Shown: in pieces, positions 9,701 through 16,644 of the stretch | How the letters are laid out: every line of letters starts with the position of its first letter | Numbering within the stretch: position 1 is the first letter of the stretch | Assembly: GCA_944390795.1 (NCBI GenBank) | Contig: CALXRI010000006.1 | Coordinates: forward strand, 558-64,557 | Source: an uncultured Victivallales bacterium | Lineage (GTDB): Bacteria; Verrucomicrobiota; Lentisphaeria; Victivallales; UBA1829 | DNA: 64,000 nt | Direction: 5' to 3' | Notes under the pieces: model-generated | Told to the model about the DNA's origin: nothing | The model's database searches: none | The model's input: the letters and a program-made list of their open reading frames with translations, nothing else | Translations under genes and position numbers: made by a program

Positions 9701-10259
9701 CCCCACAATGCCGGGCATCTGCGCCCGGATTGTCGATCCGGTCACGCGAAAGCCGCTGGAGCAGGATGCCGAAGGGCTTCTGCTCATCAAGGGACCGAAC
9801 GTGATGCAGGGCTATCTCGGCGAACCGGAACTGACAGCCGAGGCCATTCAGGACGGCTGGTACAACACCGGCGACATTGCGCGCATCGACGGAGACGGCT
9901 ACATAACGCTCTGCGGAAGAATCTCCCGCTTCAGCAAAATCGGCGGAGAAATGGTGCCGCATGAACTGGTGGAATGTGCAGTCAATGAAATCATCGGAAG
10001 CGACGAGAAAGCGGCCGTCGTCAGCAGCATCCCGGATTCCCAGAAAGGCGAAGCCCTGATCGTGCTTTATACCAGACTCCCCATTTCTCCCGAGGAGCTC
10101 GTCTCTGAAATGCGTGCGCGCAATATCCCGAACCTCTGGATTCCGAAGGCGTCAAACTTTTATCGTGTCGAGACGATTCCGCTTCTCGGCAGCGGCAAGC
10201 TGGATCTTGTCGCGCTCCGGGCGGAAGCAGACAGAATAGCAAAACACTCCGGCAGATAA
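6744..10259 (+). CDS. aas: three-domain fusion: MFS lysophospholipid transporter (LplT-like) + PlsC-type acyltransferase + acyl-ACP synthetase/AMP-ligase (Aas-like)
   Basis: The N-terminal ~430 aa are polytopic MFS-like. The HX4D motif NHASFVD lies at 8160..8177. AMP-binding motifs are LFSSGSTGVPKGV, EGYGCTE and YNTGD. Confidence 0.85.
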   Translation: MHQNASFRRRITPLLLSQFFGVFNDNAYKMFVVLAVFGAEVDYFRNSAFLFVLTAAYVLPFLLLGGPAGSVSDAIPKRSILILAKIAEFAVMLLGTLCFANTDEWGILPLLGVMFLMTAQSAFFSPAFNGILPETFPEQELSKANGYVGMVTFLAAIIGAGSAPLLWTLFEKDLTVCGEMMCLFSILGFLISLSVLPVPPQGQKSRPGLFAGLRTGWAAITEERGIFLSALGDTFFVSIGVAIQTLIIIFAKFTLRSTPMELSALLLSPAIGMGAGCALAGLLSGKRIELGLVPFGGLGIALFLPLAGYFPGSAVPLIEKIGLIVHPSALLYLFLAGIAGGLFIIPFRAYFQQRVSPESRGAALAFGNILTFGGVLAASAVVFLLIAGSAADVSGLPEQVETIVRHMPSFSPPALFLAVSLMTLAFVIAVMRLLADFPVRSVIFLLTHTLYHLKSSGEEEIPARGPALLVSNHASFVDGLLISACTSRRIRFLMHEDYYRLPLLYPFARFAGFIEVPRGNRIKRMRDMIETVKNALRDGEIICVFPEGGITRNGIMDEFRGGFRAMLPEDVSVPLIPVRIGMVWGSIFSYYYGKLKFRFPKEIPYPVTVSFGRPLSHTISAYELRQRISELAAETDMTPRDSERPLHYQIAKQAKRTPFRILTCDYGETSTNAFQFYVRAAILSRKIRAMVAPECEYVGVMMPNCTAASLATVGILMADKVPAVLNFTASREALRSAVSKASLTHILTSRKFLAKLKMEPMREMVFLEDIAAGVTRREKTGMALAAALLPHQEFMKLLSPVSHRDVMRTAAVLFSSGSTGVPKGVMLSHHNFNSDIHSFLKVMSWSDGDSILGSLPMFHAFGLNTCFWLPLMIGCKVVYVTSPLDSEAVGKAVEEHRLTILLATPTFMQTYMRKCRPEQFRSLRLAIAGAEKLRTDISAKFENLSGGERVLIEGYGCTELSPIVAINIGSSVLNLGRQYGKKGSIGPTMPGICARIVDPVTRKPLEQDAEGLLLIKGPNVMQGYLGEPELTAEAIQDGWYNTGDIARIDGDGYITLCGRISRFSKIGGEMVPHELVECAVNEIIGSDEKAAVVSSIPDSQKGEALIVLYTRLPISPEELVSEMRARNIPNLWIPKASNFYRVETIPLLGSGKLDLVALRAEADRIAKHSGR

Positions 10260-10304
10260 GTCCCTCCGTATCACGGGAATTCACATATTTTCCAATAAAG
10301 ATGC

Positions 10305-10332
10305 TTGACGTTTGGAAAATTGCTGGTATAGT
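10305..10332 (+). promoter_or_regulatory. sigma70-like promoter candidate
   Basis: TTGACG (10305-10310), 16-nt spacer, TATAGT (10327-10332), about 65 nt upstream of the 10399 start. Confidence 0.35.
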
Positions 10333-10398
10333 CTTTCGATATTTTGTTTTCCTGAAAACAAGAAGACCGGATAATCCGGACAATAGGGAGAAAATCAA

Positions 10399-11199
10399 AT
10401 GCCTTTACAGAAAACAGCCTTATTGCTGACCGTTCTCATTCTTGCGGGATACATGTTCGGCCAGGAAATCAAATTTGACACAAAAGATGCATGGACCGGT
10501 ATTTCGGAACGCAGCATTTCTCTCAAGGACGGCGTGTTCAGGGTGCAGGGACGCGTAACACTGGTTTCCAGAGATATTTTCGACATCCAGCCGGGCAAGA
10601 CCTACACCTTGAAAGGCTCCTTCAAGTCCGCCGGACCCGAAGAAGCCAAGCTTTACTTCGGCTTCCGCCAGTTTGACAAAAACGGCAAGGACATTCAGAC
10701 GGTCAACACCGACACAATCGCATGGACGGACACGGTTCTCGTCAAACCGGCAAAAGCGGCGGACAAAACTCTTTTCGTGAAAAACGCCATGAAATGGAAA
10801 AAATACAGCACCTGCGTCATCGCCTATCACACATCAACGAAATTTCAGGATCTGCCGAACTTCAACATTCTGGAAAACTATGCGAAAAGCACGAAAAAAA
10901 TCGATACGGACGAATGGGAGATCACACTCTCGAAATCTGTCGGGATTGACCTCCCCGCAGGAACAAATATCCGCCAGCACGGAGGAAAAGGCGCAGGGGA
11001 GATGTATACAGGCGGCTACCTGACCACTTCCGATAAATGGCAGACCCTGACCGGAAGCGCATCGGGAAAACTCCAGAAAGGATTTTCCTTCCGGCAATGG
11101 GCTCCGGGAGCAGTCAAGGCGAGAGTCTGCATCCGGCTGAACTGGAACAACTCCAAAGCGGTGACGGAAATGAAAAATCTTTCGCTGGTCATCAAATAA
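10399..11199 (+). CDS. hypothetical secreted protein (possible jelly-roll/CBM-like beta-sandwich)
   Basis: Signal peptide MPLQKTALLLTVLILAGYMFGQ with RBS GGGAG upstream. Composition is beta-rich. The domain assignment is a guess. Confidence 0.55.
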   Translation: MPLQKTALLLTVLILAGYMFGQEIKFDTKDAWTGISERSISLKDGVFRVQGRVTLVSRDIFDIQPGKTYTLKGSFKSAGPEEAKLYFGFRQFDKNGKDIQTVNTDTIAWTDTVLVKPAKAADKTLFVKNAMKWKKYSTCVIAYHTSTKFQDLPNFNILENYAKSTKKIDTDEWEITLSKSVGIDLPAGTNIRQHGGKGAGEMYTGGYLTTSDKWQTLTGSASGKLQKGFSFRQWAPGAVKARVCIRLNWNNSKAVTEMKNLSLVIK

Positions 11200-11286
11200 G
11201 ACAAACGGTTTCCTCAGGACCGTCCCGGAAAAATCATGTCTTCCGCCGCACTCCGGCATTTCTGATCCGGAACTTCCATCAGAAAT

Positions 11287-11880
11287 TCATTTCGGCTGTT
11301 TCCGGACCGCAATCACCTCGTCCAGCCAGTTTTTCAAAGCCCCGCCGGCCTTCCGGATACCGGCGCCTGCAAATGCGCCGCCTTTGCCAAACTTCGCCTT
11401 TGGACAGGCCTTCCGCATATCCTTTTCGCAGTTGGCCATACCGCCGCGCCCATGCGTCACAAATGGAATCACCGTCTTGCCGCTGAGATCACAGGAGGCA
11501 AGAAAGCTTCGCACCGGCGGCGCCATTGTGCCGCACCAGTTCGGCGTTCCGACAAAGACGATCCTGTACTTCGCCATGTCGGCAACCTTCGAAGCCAGTT
11601 CCGGCCTGAACCCGGCCGGACACTCTTTCCGCGCCTGATCGACACATGCCTTGTAATCCTTCGGATACGCCTTGACGGGTTTGATCTCAAACAGCGTTCC
11701 TCCCGTGGCCTTCTGAATCTGTTCGGCGGCAAAGCGGGTATTTCCGCTCCAGGAATAATACGCGATCAGAATCTCTCCGGATTTTGCCTCTGCACGCCCT
11801 GCGGGCCGCTCCGCAGCAAATGCCCCGGACAGGGAGATCAAAGCCCCTGCCATCATGCACACAACCGTTTTCCCGTTCAT
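11287..11880 (-). CDS. flavodoxin-family protein with N-terminal signal sequence
   Basis: ILIAYYSWSGNTRFAAEQIQ...FVGTPNWCGTMAPPVRSF resembles the Flavodoxin_4-type pattern. Confidence 0.7.
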   Translation of the reverse strand: MNGKTVVCMMAGALISLSGAFAAERPAGRAEAKSGEILIAYYSWSGNTRFAAEQIQKATGGTLFEIKPVKAYPKDYKACVDQARKECPAGFRPELASKVADMAKYRIVFVGTPNWCGTMAPPVRSFLASCDLSGKTVIPFVTHGRGGMANCEKDMRKACPKAKFGKGGAFAGAGIRKAGGALKNWLDEVIAVRKQPK

Positions 11881-12036
11881 GCTCTTCTCCAGTTTATCGT
11901 TTTAATTTGTCTGCCCGTCAGCCGATCCCGGCGCCGGGCAGCCGACCCTCGCGACAAAGAACAATTTAGCGTGTTTTTCCCAAATGGCAAACCGGCATTC
12001 CGGATTTCCGCAGAAACGCGGTGCGGAAAAGAAGGC

Positions 12037-13167
12037 TTATTTTTTCAGATACTGTCTGAAAAACTGTTCCAGCTTGTCAAACGGAATCGCATTTTTCCCG
12101 CCCCCGTCATACAGATCGGTATGCGAAGCGCCGGGAACGATCATCAGCTCCTTGTTGGCGCGGTAATCCATATAGGAACTCATATCCCGGTAGGCGTCCT
12201 CACTGAAATAGCGCGAGTGAGCCTTTTCTCCGTGAATCAGCAGAACGGCGGAGCGGATTTCCCGGGAATAAGCGAGAATCGGCTGGTTCAGGAAGGACAT
12301 GGTTCCGGTCACCGTCCAGCCGTCATTGGAATTTCCGGAACGCTTGTGATAACCGCGCGGCGTTTTATAGTAGTCGTAATAGTCCTTGACAAACTGCGGC
12401 GCGTCTGCGGGAAGCGGATCAATCACACCGCCGCCCTGTTCATAGCATCCCTGCGCGTATTCCCTGGTCCTCTGCGCGTTGAGCTTCTTTTTCACCTCGT
12501 AACGGCTTTTCTCTGAATTGTCCGCATCGAAATATCCGTTTGCGCTTACACGGCTCATATTGTACATCGTAACAGCCACAGTGGCCTTGATGCGGGTATC
12601 GAGTGCCGCGGCATTCAAAGCGAATCCGCCCCATCCGCAGATGCCGAGAATCCCGATCCGCTCCGGATCAACATCCGGCTGAGTGGACAGGAAATCGACA
12701 GCGGCCTGAAAATCCTCCGTATTGATGTCCGGCGACGCCATCCGGCGCGGCATGCCGCCGCTTTCACCGGTAAACGACGGGTCAAACGCGATCGTGAGAA
12801 ACCCCCGTTCGGCAAGTGCCTGGGCGTAAAGGCCGCTGCACTGTTCCTTGACCGCACCGAAAGGACCGCTTACGGCAATTGCCGCAAATTTACCATCGGC
12901 ATGCAGCGGTTCGTAAAGATCCGCGGCAAGCGTAATGCCGTAACGGGTTGCAAAAGTCACCTTCCGGTGTTTCACCTTGCCGCTTTTCGGAAATGTCTTG
13001 TCCCACGCCTGTTCGAGCTTCAGATCCTGTTTGACGATTTTGTTGTTCATAACCTTTGTCCTTCGCGTTGAGGGTTGGTTTCGGGCTTGAAGATTGACGG
13101 AGAGCAAAGCCGCCGTGAAAATGATCCACATGACGCGCCGCATGGTTCTCTTCCTCCCTGTTTGCAT
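12037..13167 (-). CDS. alpha/beta hydrolase, dienelactone-hydrolase-like, secreted
   Basis: Signal peptide (MRRVMWIIFTAALLSVNLQA), nucleophile-elbow-like GILGICGWGGFAL and C-terminal PGASHTDLYD. The start among Met codons 13200/13167/13143 is uncertain. Confidence 0.65.
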   Translation of the reverse strand: MQTGRKRTMRRVMWIIFTAALLSVNLQARNQPSTRRTKVMNNKIVKQDLKLEQAWDKTFPKSGKVKHRKVTFATRYGITLAADLYEPLHADGKFAAIAVSGPFGAVKEQCSGLYAQALAERGFLTIAFDPSFTGESGGMPRRMASPDINTEDFQAAVDFLSTQPDVDPERIGILGICGWGGFALNAAALDTRIKATVAVTMYNMSRVSANGYFDADNSEKSRYEVKKKLNAQRTREYAQGCYEQGGGVIDPLPADAPQFVKDYYDYYKTPRGYHKRSGNSNDGWTVTGTMSFLNQPILAYSREIRSAVLLIHGEKAHSRYFSEDAYRDMSSYMDYRANKELMIVPGASHTDLYDGGGKNAIPFDKLEQFFRQYLKK

Positions 13168-13461
13168 GATGCGTTCCTCTTGAGAACCGCAGAAAATCAT
13201 CCACAGTTCCTAATTCTGCATCCAATATAACCATGCGGTGTGGAAATCGCAAATACTTATTTGTTATCTGAATCATGCCTTATAGGCATATAAAGTTCAT
13301 ATTACAGAAAAAAGAGTTCCGTTTCCATTTCACACGGACAAAAAGCTGAAAACAGTGAGAATAAAACGGAAGTTCGGGAAACCACCTCCGGGAGATGGAG
13401 GAAATTATCATTCAGCAATCGTGCCCGTCATACACAGGCAGTTTGCGGAAAAAGGCAGGAA

Positions 13462-15339
13462 TTAATACCAGTTGACTCTCCTGCCGTCAGGGAGCAAAAC
13501 CTCGCCGCCGGGTCCGCCTTCCGCCTTGGGAATCCACCACGGACGCATGTCATAAAAAGGATTTTTCCGGATCGCCTCCAGCATCCGGGGAGTGATCTCC
13601 CGCAGTTTCAGCCGTTCATTCAAGGCGGACTCAAGAGGAGGCAACAGCTCATTGCGTCCCATTCTTCTTGCAAGGGAAATCATCGCAAGATATGGACGAA
13701 CCGTCAACGGATAATTTTCCGCATCAAGCCTGTAAGCCTCGTAAGCCCCGGGAAGATCACCGAGACGAGCCAGTGCCGTAGCACGCACGAAATGAAGATG
13801 ACCGTAGTTCGGAATATTCGATCCCAGCATCGCATTCGCAACTTTCAGCGTAACTTCCGGCGCTTTCAGTTTCTCGGAAAGAATCAGCAGCGCATAATTC
13901 TGCTTGTATTCATCCGGTGCAAATGCGGCAATCCGCTGAATGAGCTCCAGACGCTCAGCACGCGACATGGGAACCGTCATCAGACGCCATGTCATCCAGG
14001 AGGAATAAATCGCCTTCGCCGCAGAAAGACAGGCCAGACAGCAAAACAGAAGTCCGGCAAGGCGAAAGACAAAAACTGTTTTGCTTCCGACTTTTACAGC
14101 AGAAGCGGATTCTTGCTTCCGGATGAAAACCTCATGCCAGAACAGTCCCAGCAGGATCAGCAGAATCAGATACGTCGGGAAAAAATAGAAAATCAAATCA
14201 AACTGCGAATGAAGCAGCGCACATAAAAACAGAAAAAGAGAAAGCTTGATTTCCGGGGCCATGCTCTGTCTGCGATAAATCCGCAGCAGCAAAACAAACA
14301 CTGGAAAATAAAGCAGGAAGAGCCAGGCAAGATAGGCAATCAACCCGTAGGAAGACAACATATAAAGCTCCTGATTGTGCGGATGATTTGAACGGTCCGC
14401 CACATACCGGGCAAAAAAATATTCCAGGGGCTTGTATTTGACAAATGCATTTTCAAAGGAAACACCGCCGACTCCGAACAGCGGATGGTCAAGAATCATA
14501 TTGACTGTGCCGGCATAAAGAAACGGACGATCTTCATTGGCAATTGCACGGCTCAGCGGTTCAACGCCGAAACGCACAAAAAGCAGAGTGCCGCAAATCA
14601 GGCAGAATAAACCGGAGTAAAGCATGATTCGACGCAGACGGTCGGAAAAATGAAGATACAGAAACAGAAGAGAAACACAGAAAAATCCGAGAAAGGCTCC
14701 GCGGGATTTGTATTCCAGGAGAATCGCCGCACCGCAGAAAAACACAGGGAGCAGACACAGAACAGCATTCCGCTTCGAAACCTTTTTCCGGTCTCTCAGA
14801 AAACGGTAAAGATAAAGCAGCAGAAAAGGAAGAGACAGAATCAAAAGCGCAGAGGTGAAATTGATGTTCCCCGTAATTCCCCGATTCCTGGGATTCCAGA
14901 AGAAAAATATCATCTGCCACACACTGAAAAAAGCAAGGAAACGAAAGAATATCTTTCGGAAAGCCGGATAAAAAAACATACTGCACAAAGGGACGGAAAT
15001 CCAGAGAATACTTCCCGCAAAATGAATCAGCCGATACTCATCATGAAGAAAATACTGTACAATAACCACCGTCGCAAATACGGAAAAAGATAGAACAGCA
15101 TAAGGATTCAACGCGCGAAACACGGGAATCAGAACGCAGGGAGAAAACAGGACAAGGGAAATCGCAAGAAAGCTGAAAAAACCTGCCGGGAAAAAAGCCA
15201 TGTAAACAGGTTCAGAAGGCAGGAAAAAAAGGGATGGGTTGTAAAACAAAATGCAGAAAGCAAAAAGCAGCGGGACATAAACGCCATATGGAACAGATTT
15301 ACATTCCTGCTCATTCATTGCCATAGCACTCTTTGTCAT
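13462..15339 (-). CDS. O-antigen ligase (Wzy_C) family polytopic membrane protein with C-terminal TPR region
   Basis: At least 10 hydrophobic segments, with the KSRGAFLGF and HPHNQELYMLSSYGLI motifs typical of WaaL/PglL/TfpO-type enzymes. The C-terminal ~180 aa are TPR-like (ALARLGDLPGAYEAYRLDAENYP). Confidence 0.65.
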   Translation of the reverse strand: MTKSAMAMNEQECKSVPYGVYVPLLFAFCILFYNPSLFFLPSEPVYMAFFPAGFFSFLAISLVLFSPCVLIPVFRALNPYAVLSFSVFATVVIVQYFLHDEYRLIHFAGSILWISVPLCSMFFYPAFRKIFFRFLAFFSVWQMIFFFWNPRNRGITGNINFTSALLILSLPFLLLYLYRFLRDRKKVSKRNAVLCLLPVFFCGAAILLEYKSRGAFLGFFCVSLLFLYLHFSDRLRRIMLYSGLFCLICGTLLFVRFGVEPLSRAIANEDRPFLYAGTVNMILDHPLFGVGGVSFENAFVKYKPLEYFFARYVADRSNHPHNQELYMLSSYGLIAYLAWLFLLYFPVFVLLLRIYRRQSMAPEIKLSLFLFLCALLHSQFDLIFYFFPTYLILLILLGLFWHEVFIRKQESASAVKVGSKTVFVFRLAGLLFCCLACLSAAKAIYSSWMTWRLMTVPMSRAERLELIQRIAAFAPDEYKQNYALLILSEKLKAPEVTLKVANAMLGSNIPNYGHLHFVRATALARLGDLPGAYEAYRLDAENYPLTVRPYLAMISLARRMGRNELLPPLESALNERLKLREITPRMLEAIRKNPFYDMRPWWIPKAEGGPGGEVLLPDGRRVNWY

Positions 15340-15344
15340 AGCTT

Positions 15345-15421
15345 AAAAAACGAGCACCGGATAAAGGACAGGCTACAGGAGATTGCGAACTCCACGCATC
15401 CCGGCCATTATCCGGCGCTCG
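15345..15421 (-). terminator. intrinsic terminator candidate after the pilin-like gene
   Basis: On the - strand, CGAGCGCCGGATAA ... TTATCCGGTGCTCG pairs as a 14-bp stem (one G.U) followed by TTTTTT. The loop is large (~43 nt). Confidence 0.45.
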
Positions 15422-15449
15422 CTACGTTAGATCAGATCAGAGAACCGAC

Positions 15450-16151
15450 TCAGGAACCACCGAATATAACTTTACCATCGATATTTGTCGGAGCATTGTT
15501 CGGATCTCCTCCGAACACCTGAGCGGAAGCAGCCTTATTGATTTCGCCGTCAGCGCTATTGCCATAATATTCAATGGCCTTTGCCCACTCGGCTCCAGCA
15601 GAAGCCCGGACAGATCCGTCAATATAGGCAATATTGCCATATTTTTCATGGTTGGACACATCATTACCGGAGCGGCCGATATCAGATGAGAAACCGCTGT
15701 CGGGGCTGTCGTTTTCAGTCATACCGACAATCCACATGTAGGAGAAGTTTCCGTCAGAACCAACCTCCGAAGAAAACTTCTGATCATAACCTGTGTTGGG
15801 GAAGAATTTATCAACAGCAGTACTGGAAACAGGTGTAACCGTCGTGGACGAGCAGACATAAACCTTTCCGTCCGTCAGATAGTTCTGGGAATAAAGCAGA
15901 GAAATGGAAGGACCATTGTGCTCAAATGAGCTACCATTCGAGGTATAGGACGGGAATTTCTCCGTGTAGTCGCCAGAATACATCTTCGCGGCGAGACCGA
16001 TCTGTTTCAGGTTGCTGGTGCAGGAGATACGGCGAGCTTTCTCACGGGCGGCATTCAGCGCGGGAAGAAGCATACCGGCGAGAATTGCGATAATCGCAAT
16101 CACGACGAGGAGCTCGATAAGGGTAAAGCCCCGGTTCATTTTGAATTTCAT
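15450..16151 (-). CDS. prepilin-type N-terminal cleavage/methylation domain protein, H-X9-DG family (pseudopilin-like)
   Basis: [32 protein letters not shown] is a class III signal with Glu+5. The H-X9-DG motif is [20 protein letters not shown] upstream. Confidence 0.85.
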   Translation of the reverse strand: MKFKMNRGFTLIELLVVIAIIAILAGMLLPALNAAREKARRISCTSNLKQIGLAAKMYSGDYTEKFPSYTSNGSSFEHNGPSISLLYSQNYLTDGKVYVCSSTTVTPVSSTAVDKFFPNTGYDQKFSSEVGSDGNFSYMWIVGMTENDSPDSGFSSDIGRSGNDVSNHEKYGNIAYIDGSVRASAGAEWAKAIEYYGNSADGEINKAASAQVFGGDPNNAPTNIDGKVIFGGS

Positions 16152-16578
16152 TTCTTTCCTCCGAAAATTACATTTTAAACCGTTATTTGTCCGTCATCCG
16201 GACATCCCTTTTAATAAATCTTTCTGTTTCTGTCCTCCTTTTGTTGCTTCATCATCTTATGTTGCGAAACCAATTCAAGCCCTGTTTCATGCTCTGTTTC
16301 CCTTGTCAGGGACCATCATTCCTGACTGTCAAAGCCCGAAGCCGCCAGAATCCCAAACCAGCCTTCCTGATATTATAAATGAAAAAGGGAAAAAAACAAT
16401 AGGAGAACACAATTTTTTAGAAAAAAAATGCTGAAACTCAACGTACAGACAGGGGTTACATCCTGTTTTCAGAAACCTGTCCGGATCGTTTCTGCCGTAA
16501 ACCCCATTTTTGTCATCGGGGAAAATTCTTGCATCACGGAAGCTGCCGCCAAAATTCGCAACGGAAGAGATTCTCCAT

Positions 16579-16607
16579 TTGACATTGGATCCAAATTATG
16601 ATAGATT
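16579..16607 (+). promoter_or_regulatory. sigma70-like promoter candidate
   Basis: TTGACA (16579-16584), 17-nt spacer, TAGATT (16602-16607), about 40 nt upstream of ATG 16645. Confidence 0.35.
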
Positions 16608-16644
16608 GCCGCATTTCATTCCAAACAACAAGGGGGAAAGATAT

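Noticed and set aside
11261-11286. TTCTGAT..ATCAGAA hairpin between convergent genes 10399..11199 and the flavodoxin gene, as a bidirectional terminator.
   Set aside because: The stem is only 7 bp and AT-rich, with no clear U-tract on either strand. Evidence is insufficient to annotate it.
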